DNA from: Eledone cirrhosa
Taxonomy: Eukaryota
Reading direction: 5' to 3'
Length of the DNA: 64,000 nt
Assembly: GCA_964016885.1 (NCBI GenBank)
Contig: OZ024741.1
Span: 59,396,001 to 59,460,000, forward strand
Shown here piece after piece: positions 25,801 through 37,309 of the stretch. The stretch's first letter is position 1; the number at the start of each line of letters is the position of its first letter. Under the pieces are notes generated by a model. That model did not search any database. It saw only the letters and a program-made list of their open reading frames with translations, and was not told the DNA's origin. A program made the position numbers and the translations under genes.

Positions 25801-26072
25801 ACGATAGGTTATATGTATATAAATGAGTTTTTAACACGTTGGATTGATAATGTTTTTGAAAAAACTAATTAACCCGAGTGTATATTATTTTTTTCTTTTC
25901 TCGTGTATCGTGGTTGTCTCCCTTTCCCGCTTCGTGACGCTATGAAACTTCCTCAGTCAAAAGACTGCTGGAATTTTAAATTTGGCGGTCATTCGATGCG
26001 TGAAGGAGCAGCTTAGCAGACATGATTTTTAACTGCGGTAAGAATTTTTTCTCATATCAAAGTTTAATGGGC

Positions 26073-26197
26073 TTCCACTGAAGATTTATAAGTGCCCACC
26101 TAAATATATTCTTACGTGAATATATGTTAGGCTTCTACATAAACTGGAAATATTCTCCCAATTTGTAGAAAACTTATAATGAAACAATTGTTTGGAA
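26073..26197 (+). ncRNA. Type I HHR with long branched helix II
   Basis: TTCCA-CTGAAGA-T TTATAAGT...ACTTATAA T-GAAAC-AATT-GTT-TGGAA. Confidence 0.8.
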
Positions 26198-27062
26198 AGA
26201 GAGATATACTTTAACTTTAATTATATCTCATAAAATAATACAACTGGCTTTCCACAAAATACATATAGTTAGCACCCCAAACACTTAAATTGGGATATAC
26301 TAACATATAACCTAATGTTTGTTGAGTGAGATGGTTACCAGTCGGAGTTTAGCGTTAAGCTATCTCTGTTATTGTATTAAATATGTTACTCTTGATTTGG
26401 CCAGAGGTACTTATTTCCAGGTACCTTATAAACATGACGTTCTGTATTTGTTACTGTTGTGAGATATGGAGGTTTTTTGGTTGTCACTTCTCTGTTTTTA
26501 GCCTAAGAAAATATATGTATGCGTGTGTAAATAATTACATGCATACATTTATTTTTTTTAATTAATTGAGTTCTTAACACGTGGAATTGATAATAGTTTT
26601 AAATAACTAATTAACCCGCGTGTATTAAATATTTTACTCTTAATTTGGCCAGAGATTTACATTCCCAATCGCCTTTAAAGCGTAACCTTCAGTATTTGCT
26701 GCGGTGATGTGATGCGGTTTGTTATGTTGGTATCACCTCTTTTTTTAGCCTAAGAAAATATATATATGCGTGTGTAATTAATACACGCATACATTTATTT
26801 TTTTAATTTCAATTGAGTTCTTAACACGTTGAATTGATAATGTTTTTGAAAAAACTAATTAACCCGAGTGTATATTATTTTTTTCTTTTCTCGTGTATCG
26901 TGGTTGTCTCCCTTTCCCGCTTCGTGACGCTATGACACTTCCTCAGTCAAAAGACTGCTGGAATTTCAAATTTGGCGGTCATTCGATGCGTGAAGGAGCA
27001 GCTTAGCAGACACGATTTTTAACTGCGGTAAGAATTTTTTCTTATATCAAAGTTTAATGGGC

Positions 27063-27187
27063 TTCCACTGAAGATTTATAAGTGCCCACCTAAATATATT
27101 CTTACGTGAATATATGTTAGGCTTCTACATAAACTGGAAATATTCTTCCAATTTGTAGAAAACTTATAATGAAACAATTGTTTGGAA
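27063..27187 (+). ncRNA. Type I HHR (second unit)
   Basis: Same motif 990 bp downstream. Confidence 0.8.
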
Positions 27188-27390
27188 AGAGAGATATACT
27201 TTAACTTTAATTATATCTCATAAAATAATACAACTGGCTTTCCACAAAATACATATAGTTAGCACCCCAAACACTTAAATTGGGATATACTAACATATAA
27301 CCTAATGTTTGTTGAGTGAGATGGTTACCAGTCGGAGTTTAGCGTTAAGCTATCTCTGTTATTGTATTAAATATAAATATCTATATATAT

Positions 27391-28132
27391 TGTGGGTATG
27401 GTGTGGAGCGCGGAGGCTGGGGTGTGCTCGACCGGAAGAGTGCTTCACCGGAAGGGTGCTCAACCGGAAGGGCCAGCAGGTCGGTCTCTCTCTAGGGTGA
27501 TCAACGAACGTGGTGGACGTCAGTTTTGCAGCTCCCGGTTAACGAGTTGGATTAGCGGCGCCTGCGAAAGCGGTAAGTGAAGTAGCTATTTCGGCACTGG
27601 AAACTGAGATCTGATTGATAAAAAAAGAACTTTCTCGAAAACAAAGCTACTGGAAAAACAGAGAGGAGTCTGTTGTTTTTTATTACTTAGCGCAAGACAA
27701 AATTAGGATATGGCGACGAGATTACGAATGAGCGAAGCGATTAGGGCATTTACCGGTGAAGGCGATGTTGTCGCTTGGCTGCGAAAAGTCCGGCTGGTCG
27801 CAAGCTTACAGAAGATAGAATTACTGTGTCAACGGACTCCGAGGAAGAGGAAACCCAAAGTGCCGCCCCAACACTGCGGAGATCGCAAAGAAGTCGCAAA
27901 CCACCAACCTGGACAGCAGACTTTCATATGCAGAAGGACGAGGGGGAATTGATCCTTGAGATCAGGGGGGGGGCTTGTGGGTATGGTGTGGTGTACGGTG
28001 GCCAGAGGCTGGGAAGGGCCAGCAGGTCTGCCTCTCTCTAGGGTGATCAGCGAACGTGGTGGACGTCAGTTTTGCAGCTCCCGGTTAACGATTTGGATTG
28101 TACGCACGTGGGAGAGGAGAAACCAGCCATTT
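27391..28132 (+). mobile_element. Miniature internally deleted Gypsy-like LTR retrotransposon
   Basis: 5' LTR starts TGTGGG at 27391. PBS-like TGGCGACGAG at ~27711. A gag-like start is fused to an integrase-tail-like LRRSQRSRKPP. A G-rich PPT precedes the second LTR at ~27976. Confidence 0.8.
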
Positions 28133-29189
28133 ACACAGACGAAAAAACTATATATTTTCGGCTGTTTTCAAAGACCGGCAGTTTCAAGAGTGGAAGAGAT
28201 CGTCCTGACGAGAACTAGTTGAGTTCAAAATGCATTGACGGTTGTCTCCCTTGCTTCTGCCAAGCACCGCCTGGTGGTATTAGCTGCAAGTGTGTTATTC
28301 ATAGCTATGGCTTCCTAAATGTTTATTTATAAACATACCGTATTTCTTTAGAAATACAAAATCCAAAAACATATTTGTATACAGCTATGTTCAAAGCTAA
28401 ATTCTAATTCTATACATTTATTTATTTATTTATCATAGTGACTAACGGTAATGGCATGAATCAATCAATGAAAGTTTGTTACGTCCATTCGTTTGCTTCT
28501 TCTGTCTCTCTGAGGTGCAAAACCTAATGTAATAAACACCCAAGTATGCATACAACTTATGAACAGAATCGTCTGTACTATGCTATAAGTATATTTAATA
28601 TAACTGCTATTTATATATGGCCATATCTCTGTTCAGTAGTACGGAGCAATATTATGTAAAGGAGATGATGTGTCAAAATGTTGCTCAATGATTTAGCTCT
28701 TGAGAAAGTCCAGCACAGCACTCCCACGAATTACTGATTTTATCAACACCATCAATAAAAAAAATCTCATAAATATAGTTCTTATCTATTTTCAGAACAT
28801 ATGCCCACCTCTCTACAAGATTCAGAATGCAATTTCTGTCTATGTAAAAGAATAATAAAGAAAGTGAGTATTATGAAATTTATTACATTAAGACATTTTA
28901 ACCCCCAAAGGCCTCAAATATTATAACTCTCTTCTTTACTCATGAAAGAACTTTTTATATCAACTCTATGAAACAGGATTAGGTGGTGGTTCTTGTCAGA
29001 TTTTAAATTTATTTTTTCATTTCTTCTGCATAACTTTTATTGGCTCTATCAAAAGTCAGACGTTTCCAGTAGATGGAACAAGATAAATAAAAGAAGTTAA
29101 TATCAATTTTGAGACTCTATCATAATTCATTATGAAATAATTGAAACTATTTGATTCCATAAAATACTATTTTATCATATATTAACATC

Positions 29190-29328
29190 ATCAAATCCCG
29201 CCAAGCTTAGCTCTGCCTTTCATCTTTACAGGGTCGATAAATTAAGCACCAGTAATGTACTGGGGTCGATTTAATCAACTTTCCCCTCAAAATTGTTAAC
29301 CTTGTGCCTAAATCAGAAACCATTATTA
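29190..29328 (+). mobile_element. SINE family M, 5'-truncated
   Basis: Central domain and tail. Confidence 0.7.
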
Positions 29329-29931
29329 TATATCACTCCACCTCCCTTTTCTCTTGACCTTCCATGGTTGGTATGAGTAGGTGGGGTGGAGGGCGTTGCA
29401 GAGTGGAGCAGTGTACCACCTCCCTGCCTTTATCTCAGCCACAGAATGTGGGTTGTCACAAAGTCTTTCCCTCTAGAGTCATGGGTGTGCTACAGAGTGA
29501 AGCAGTGTACTACTTACATCTTTCCAGCCATCATCTCTGTCAATAGCCAAGTCTAAGATTGTTGTGAAGTGTTTACCAGGCCATTCCATGTTTTTATGTT
29601 TCTAGTTATATATCAACAGTAACAAAACAAAACTGTGAAAAACAGTTGTTCTAAATAATAATTGATGAAACTCAAGAAAATTTTATTTCCACAAATACTG
29701 ATAACTTGGAAAAGTCAATTTTATATTTATATTACATAATCTGAAAAGGTTGAATTTTAAATCTCTGGGCAAATTTGACGCCTTTTGCAGTTTCATCATC
29801 AAAAGTGCTATGGAATTAGGAAATTTGTTGGTTCAAATGCAATGCAGAGAACTTATTAGAAAACAATAAATGTTTAATAAATAAATTAAAATGCATACAC
29901 ACACACATATATTATATATATTATATATATA

Positions 29932-31226
29932 TAAGAAATTCCAAACATGGAAGCATGGCCTAGAATCAAAAGGACTTAAAATTAACCTGGCTAAGACTAA
30001 AGTTCTAGTTTGTAGGAAAGAAAATAAGGCGGCGGTCCCTTCTGGGAAATGGCCATGCTCAGTGTGTAGGAAAGGCGTAGGTAGAAACTCCATTTTATGT
30101 CCCAAATGCAAAGTATGGGTGCATAAAAGATGTAGTGGGATCACAGGTAAGCTAACTAAGAACATAGATTTTACATGTGGCCGGTGCTCTGGTGCAATAA
30201 GTAGCAGCAAGTGCCCACAAATACTAGCTCTTACAACTGCGCAGAGGGCTCTATAGAAATAGTGGACAGCTTCCGTTACCTGGGTGACAAAATCAGCAGT
30301 GGGGGAGGGTGCTCAGAAAGTACAGTAGCTAGAGTCAGAACTGGATGGAAAAAGTTCAGAGAGCTTATACCACTATTAGCTGCTAAAGGGTTCTCCCTAA
30401 AAATGAAAGGCAGGTTGTATGATGCCTGCATACGAACAGCAATGTTGCATGGCAGTGAGACCTGGGCATTGTGTGCAGAGGATATATGCAGACTAGAGAG
30501 GAACGAAGCTTGCATGCTCCGCTGGATGTGTAACAGTAATATACGTGAACGGCAAAGCATAAACGAACTAAGGAAAAAATTAGAAATAAGAGGGATCAGA
30601 TGTTGTTTACTTGAGAGAAGGCTATGTTGGTATGGACACGTGATGCGCATGAAAGTCGATAGCTGTATAACAAAGTGCAGAGCAATAAAGATAGACGGTA
30701 GCTACGGAATAGGCAGACCTAGAAAAACCTGGGACGAGCTGATAAACTCCAACCTCACACACTTACACCTCTCCAAGACAATGTCACTGGACCGAGACCT
30801 TTGGCGGTACTCAGTAACAGAGAAGACCCGCCTTACCTAAATACATAGTAAAACCTACTACAGCCAGTAGGCATCTCTAACAAAATACACCCCGTCCCAC
30901 CACCCCCACCCCATCCACACCACTCCGTTCTATGTAAAGTTATGTTGGTGCCACACCATCCAGGCCGAAACAAATGAGATCGTGTAGGTGTCACGACAAA
31001 AAAACACACAGTCCACGCTGTAATGTGGCCGTGTAGGCAACACGGTAAAAACCTCCCAGACCCACACTGTAAATGTGGTTGGTGTTAGGAAGGGCATCCA
31101 GCCGTAGAAAATCCACCAGACAGTCCTATGCGAGCAAGACAATCACTCTTGCCTCAAGTGGGAATACCCCCGTCCAAACCCATGCAAGCGTGGAACACGG
31201 ACGTTAAACGTTGATGATGATGATGA
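29932..31226 (+). mobile_element. RTE family B; 5'-truncated at (TA)n, one frameshift, (GAT)n tail
   Basis: ORFs 29891-30256 and 30211-30840. Confidence 0.92.
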
Positions 31227-31265
31227 TATATATTATATGACGATGATGATATATATATGTGTATG

Positions 31266-31320
<55 letters not shown>

Positions 31321-31423
31321 ATGATGATGATGATATATAAGTTTATCCCGGGTTCAATCAGGGGTAACCACAGTAAGTAAGGTACTCAATACATAGCAGA
31401 GTATGAATGTTTAATATAGAAAT

Positions 31424-31516
31424 GGCTTCTACAGGATTAGAACTTTCATTTGGGAGAAATCATCAGGAAGCCCTAATGATTTCTTCTGAATGAAACAGTT
31501 CTAGTCCTGTAGAAGC
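31424..31516. ncRNA. Pair of inverted, individually damaged type I HHR copies in a fold-back element (31338-31531)
   Basis: Minus strand: GGCTTC-CTGATGA-TTTC..AAAT-GAAA[CA deleted]G..CT-GTA-GAAGCC. The plus copy keeps GAAACAG..CTGTA-GAAGCC but its core is mutated to CTAATGA. Confidence 0.6.
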
Positions 31517-31609
31517 CATTTCTATATTAAATATATATTTATATATAGTAATAATAATAATAAATGTGAAGACTAAAATCCAAAGAGGGTTCGATAAGGA
31601 TAAATATAG

Positions 31610-31772
31610 AGCACGAAAAACATGGGCGGAGGTGGTGAGAACAGACCTCAGATCGCTGAAACTCACTGAGGAGATGACGAAGGGTGGTGACAAGTGGAGA
31701 GATGCTGTGCTGAATAGGACCCATCCAACCCTTGCAAGCAGGGAAAAGTGGACGTAAAATGATGATGATGAT
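31610..31772 (+). mobile_element. RTE family A 3' tip
   Basis: RKTWAEVVRTDLRSLKL... followed by (GAT)n. Confidence 0.85.
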
Positions 31773-31911
31773 GAGGATATATCATCATCCTCATCATCAT
31801 CACTGTTCATGGGTTAAACGAGTTTGTTCCATTTGAGGCAAGTTGGGTCGGGTGACCATGTCTCGCTCATTTAGGACTGTTTTTGGCTGGTTTCTATGTC
31901 TGGATGCCCTT

Positions 31912-31947
<36 letters not shown>

Positions 31948-32749
31948 AATTGTTTGTTTGTTTGCCTGTTTGTCTTCTATGCACTTAAAAAACAGTGGAC
32001 CAATCATGGCATGTGAGTTTGTTAGACTCAGGAATAGGTTTTGCTCACACTTGGACCTGTATCAATTTGTTTGTCAATCTGTGGTCATAGTGGTTGTCAT
32101 GAGTTATCATCGTCACTATGATAGAATGTGATGGAAAATAGAGAGAATGAAGAAGTGAGAATTTGAAAATCAGCCCATGTGAAATTAAATAGAGCACTGA
32201 AAGCCAAAAATGGAAGTAAGTTAACAATGCATGAATGAGGAGATAAAGAAGGCGAAGAAAGTGAGTGATATGATTTCAACATAGTAGCTGACACTAAACG
32301 AAAAAACACATGCTTGCTTCAGTATTGAACATCCCTCTCTCTCTTTCCTGCATGAAAGGCGGTACAACTAAAACAAGTGAACAATACACGTTCAATCAAC
32401 ATAAATCAACAACACATACTTACTTTCATATCAAAATCTGCTCTCTCCTCTATTGACTGCAGCACATTTTGTCATACATCATATCTCTACCCTCTGTGTA
32501 TAATATGTCATGTCTACTTCATATTTAGCCCGTGAACAAAAACAACCTCTATACCATTTGAGGACATCATGTATGTAGGTGGAGATTGTTGAGGTAGGTA
32601 AAGGGGATAGAGTGGAGGTGAATGTATGTTGGGTGGGGATTTGAGAGGTAGGTCTAGGGTGGGATATTTAGCCAGTGAGGGTTAGAGTGTTAAGACATGG
32701 GGTGTATGGAAGGAGCGAAGTGGTGCCTGATTCATACTAGAGACTACTA

Positions 32750-33300
32750 GATGTTGCTTCATCCCATGCACATAGGAAGGTGGGTCTTCTTGATCCTGTG
32801 TCATTGCCTTTGAGAGGTACAATTGTGTGAGGTCAGCTTTATTCACCTCACCCCAAGCTTTCCTAAGTTTTCCTCTTCTATAGCTTCCATCAACTTTGAG
32901 CAGCCTGCACCTTTTTATACAACTACTGTACCACCACAATCTCCTCTCCTGCACACTGTATCTAATCCCTCTTATGCCTAGTTTCTCACTCAGCTCATTT
33001 GTGCTGTTCACATATAATTACTATTACACATCCATCGGAGCATGCAAACTTCATTTCTTTCAAATCTTCATAAGTCCTTTGCACACATCGTCCAGGCCTC
33101 ACTACCATGTAGCATTGCTGTTCATATACACGCATCTTACAAACTGCCCTTCATTTTGAAGATAAGACCTTTTGTGGGTAGCAGTAGTAGTTCCCTGAAC
33201 TTTCTCCATCCCATTCTCACATTGTCTACTGTACTTTCAGAACACTCACCGCCACTGCTAATTTGATCACTCAGGTAACAGAAACTGTCAACTGCTTCTT
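32750..33300 (-). mobile_element. Old RTE fragment
   Basis: Degenerate FCYLSD, HGSEAW and QERRLWWY. Confidence 0.75.
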
Positions 33301-33629
33301 TAAGAACTAACAGCAATCAGCAGTCTGGGGCCGATTATGTTAGTGTCCTCCCTAAAAGGCCTGTTGGGTATTTATGTCAGTTTTGCAACAAAGCCTGTAG
33401 GTCTGCCTCTGGACTAAAGTGGCACGTGAGAGTGCATAAGGAGCAAGTTACGTTCAGGACTGTCTGAGAGTCTCATGTGTGTATCATATCTTTAAAAGGG
33501 TATGCAGGATGTGGAGTCTTTTACAGGCTCATGACCATTCAGCACAACATTGAAGAGATGGCCCTCATTCTATAAAGAAGTGGCAGTTATATATATATAT
33601 ATATATATACATCATCACCACCACCACCA

Positions 33630-33985
33630 TCATCATCATCGTCATCGTTATTGTTATTATTATCATTATTATTTAACGTCCGCTTTCCATGTTAGCATGG
33701 GTTAGACAGGGTATCCCATTTGAGGCAAGTTGAGTTAGGTGACCGTGTCCTGCTCATACAGAACTGTTTCTGGCTAGATTTCTACAGCTGGATGCCCTTC
33801 CTAACACCAACTGCATTTACAGTGTGTAGTAAGTACTTTTCATCATGACTCCTACATGACCACTTTACAGTGTGGGCTGGGTGCTATTTTTCATGACACC
33901 TTCATGACCACTTTACAGTGTGGGCTGGGTGCTATTTGTCATGACACCTTCATGACCACTTTACAGTGTGGGCTGGGTGCTTTTT
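33630..33985 (-). mobile_element. RTE/SINE 3' tail with three ~41-bp tandem units
   Basis: ATGACCACTTTACAGTGTGGGCTGGGTGC occurs three times. A similar copy lies at 34465-34785. Confidence 0.7.
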
Positions 33986-35127
33986 GCTTTATATATGTAT
34001 ATGAAATTCAGTTTTTATTTCCCCCTGAGCTTTCCTCTCAACAGCTGATTTTAACTAACCTCCTTTTTATAAGGTCACATGCTGCGGTTGTTGCCTGAAA
34101 CTGCTCTCGCTATGATATGCCCGTTTGACTGTACCAATTGTTTGGATAAATCCCTCCTTTGAGTTTAGGCTGAACTCCTGCTGATGACTCATTACGTGGC
34201 CTAGGTTATGTATTATATGGTAATGTTACATGACTCCTGTGCAACTGTTGCATATGGAATATAATGTAGAAACTGTCAACAGTCCTGGTGTAAATAATAT
34301 ACCCTCACGCAGCTGTTATAATTACGAATTAACAAAAGATGTCCATTCTGAATTATAAGTTTGCATTTACAACATACATTTCTCATAAAATCATTGCGCG
34401 AGTAAATAGCAACTGGAGCTACAGAATATATCCAATTAGCATTGTTAAACTATTTATCTATATCATGATCATCACCATTTAACGTCCATTTTCCCACGCT
34501 AGCATAGGTTAGATGGGTTGCTCTATTGTGAGACAAGCCAAATCCGATAACCATGTCTTGCTCATACAGGACTGGTTTGGACTTAGTTTCTCTGGCTGGA
34601 TGCCCTTAACACCCACCACATTTATAGTGTGTGCTGTGTGCTTTTTGTCATGACACCTACACAACCACTTTACAGTGTGGGCTGGACACTTTTTGCTGTG
34701 TCACCACTACGACCACTTTACAGTGTGGGCTGGGTGCTTTTTGTTGTGCCACCTACACAACCACTTTACAGTGTGGGCTGGGGAGATAGATCTAGGGGTG
34801 TGTGTGAAGGGGCAGAGTATTCAAGAATGGATGGAGTGTTAAGATGTGGGAGATGCAAGAGGGGGAGGGACATGGATGAAGGGAGTCATGTTAGGATGTA
34901 GAGGTGTATGGGAGGGGGAATACAGTACATACAAGATATATGCTTCAACCTGGGCACACCAGAAAGCATATATATATATATATGACACACCTACATACAT
35001 GCATATGGATATACCCACAAATATATATAGCTACACCTGGCTATACATACATGTGTACTCACACGCACACATTTGTGTAAAGATATATAAGCAAACACTC
35101 ATATGTAATGAAAATATAAAGTATTGA

Positions 35128-36170
35128 GCAAATTGTAGCTGAAAATATTGCTTCTTATAGAGATAAAAAGGACACTTTAGAACTATTGAAGATCTTCAGC
35201 ATGCTGGGTTTTTAGGTGCAATAAGACATAATCTCACATTCAACAAAGCTGGTAATAATTCAGTAGTTGTAACCATGGGAAGTAGTAATAGAAGTACAAC
35301 ATTAAGAGAAAGCCATATAAATTATTATTTTTATAACTTACTTAATGAAAGATACTGATATGAGTTTGCTAACAAAAGTTGCCAATTCACTACAGGATCA
35401 AATTCAACTATTAAGTCCATTGGCTAAGGAATCAGCTCAACTGAAAGTTCAATCTTTCCCATTAAATAAAAACAACATATCAGTTTTACAAATTGCAACT
35501 TGTAATCTTGATGGATGTTCAGCTGAAAAAATTTCTAATCTTAGCTTATATGATGTAATTTGTATGAATATACTTGAAAATCACAGATATACAAGTTCTT
35601 AAAAAGATTTGTGGTGAACTGAATAACCCAAAACGTTCTAATGTCCATAAGTAGAAATGAAAGACAAGAAATAGAAATATGTAATGGCAAATCCTAATAT
35701 TGAGAATATAGAGCACAACATGTATAATGTAGAACCAGGAATTTATATGAACTGGAACTAATCTAAAATTATATCAAACTTTCTCAAGAATGTCCTTTTG
35801 AGTGTTAAGCTTTGTTGAGATTTTTCCAGGTGAAAATTTTTCTTTTTCTTTTTCTTTTTCTTTTTCTTTTTCTTTTTCTTTTTCTTTTTCTTTTTCTTTT
35901 TCTTTTTCTTTTTCTTTTTCTTTTTCTTTTTCTTTTTCTTTTTCTTTTTCTTTTTCTGAATATATACCACAAGCTTGTATTTATCAAGGATTTCCGCAAA
36001 GAAAAACATATAGTTAATATTTTATGTCATATCAAAAATATATCTTTTGATGAAAACCATATCATTGTATTTGGTAATCTAGATGTTGAATTTGGATTGC
36101 AGATAAAAGAATTACTGCAAGAACATCGTTATATTCAATTTATAGTAACTGTAAAACCTAAAATATTTCG
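35128..36170 (+). pseudogene. EEPD1: Intronless decayed EEPD1-like sequence (HhH plus exo/endo/phosphatase domain); probable processed pseudogene
   Basis: AENIASYRDKK.HFRTIEDL...AGFLGAIRH (HhH), VLQIATCNLDGCSAEKISNLSLYDVICMNILEN and LKKICGELNNP resemble EEPD1 as I recall it (LATWNLQGCSVEKANNPGVREVVCMTLLEN...LEKFCTELNQP). The copy has stops, frameshifts, deletions and a (TTTTTC)n expansion. Confidence 0.75.
35836..35957. repeat. (TTTTTC)n microsatellite
   Basis: Directly visible. Confidence 0.95.
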
Positions 36171-36394
36171 ATTTGAGTTAAATCACAGCATCAGTCAACT
36201 ACATCTCTAAAGGAATGTTTGTATAGAGCCATAACTCCTGGTGGAACAGTAATGACATAAGGTATTTCTCAGGCATTTTAAACCTGGTGAAGCCCACCCC
36301 TCTCGAGGTATGAACACAGCTTTCTTCAAGAGAAGGATAGAGAAAGAGTGATAGAGGGAAGTGAGAAAGACATTTAGAGGAAGAACAAACCCCT

Positions 36395-36542
36395 GCTACT
36401 GGACTGGTACTTTTTTTATCACTCCCCAAATGATGAATGGCAAAGTTGGCCTCAACAGGATTTGAAATCAGAGTATAGAGAGCTGGAATGAATACTGTAA
36501 AGCCTTTTATCCAATGTTCTAACAACTCTGCCAATTCTCCAC
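36395..36542 (-). mobile_element. Old SINE family M-like copy
   Basis: Degenerate central domain and B box. Confidence 0.55.
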
Positions 36543-36809
36543 TCAAATGAATAATATTAGCTATAACAACAATGTTGGTCTGTGGAGCCATTTAGTTTGC
36601 TCCAAATCTATGGCAGGAAATAGTTGATTCAACAAGATTTCAAAGCACTTGCTTACATATATATATTATATATATAAATATAAAATGATGAATTTGCAAA
36701 CATGGAAGCATTTGCCGGTGGCATATCATCTTACCCAAATTTCTTCACATAATTGTGTTAATATCTGATGATGTCACACCAGTGCTAGTTGCTGTAGTAA
36801 TGATTGAAT

Positions 36810-36995
36810 AATAATTGTTTCTACTTTAGGCACAAGGCCAGCAATTAGCCAGTGCATTACTGGTACTTTATTTTATCGACCCCGTAAGGATGAAAGGCAA
36901 AGTCAACCTCGGCGGGATTTGAACTCAGATCGTAAAGGGACGTAACTATGCTGGAAAGCATGGCGTCCGACCCTCTGCCGATACTGCCAATCCAC
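36810..36995 (-). mobile_element. SINE family M with TSD TTGAATAATAAT
   Basis: Family motifs plus a flanking direct repeat. Confidence 0.85.
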
Positions 36996-37309
36996 TTGAA
37001 TAATAATGGTTGTACACTGATATCACTGAAATATGCATTATAAAATAATATGCTTAGGTAACCATAACAATTGTCTTAACATTAACTCATATATCTTATA
37101 CAACTACATGAATATATCTCCATAAGGGGAAGCGTTTCATTTATTTGAAATCATCAGGAATTAATTGATGATTTCAAACAAATGAAACAGTTCTAATCCG
37201 GTAGAAATCATTTCCATATGAAAAGAATATGTATATTCTATATTAATGTATTTAGTACTCTATTTAATTGTTTCTCTTTGGAAAATCATTCTTAATTGTG
37301 TGTATATAC

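Larger units (their letters stand above)
25822..27375 (+). repeat. Non-coding tandem repeat with a 990-bp period (~1.6 units), one HHR per unit and diverged ~247-bp subrepeats
   Basis: 25822-26383 recurs at 26812-27373. Confidence 0.85.

Noticed and set aside
28796-28863. Possible small host exon (TTTTCAG...GTGAGT, one open frame)
   Set aside because: There is no recognisable homology or neighbouring exon, so it cannot be supported without RNA-seq.
34182-34210. CTGATGA as a hammerhead core
   Set aside because: There is no GAAA or supporting helices nearby.
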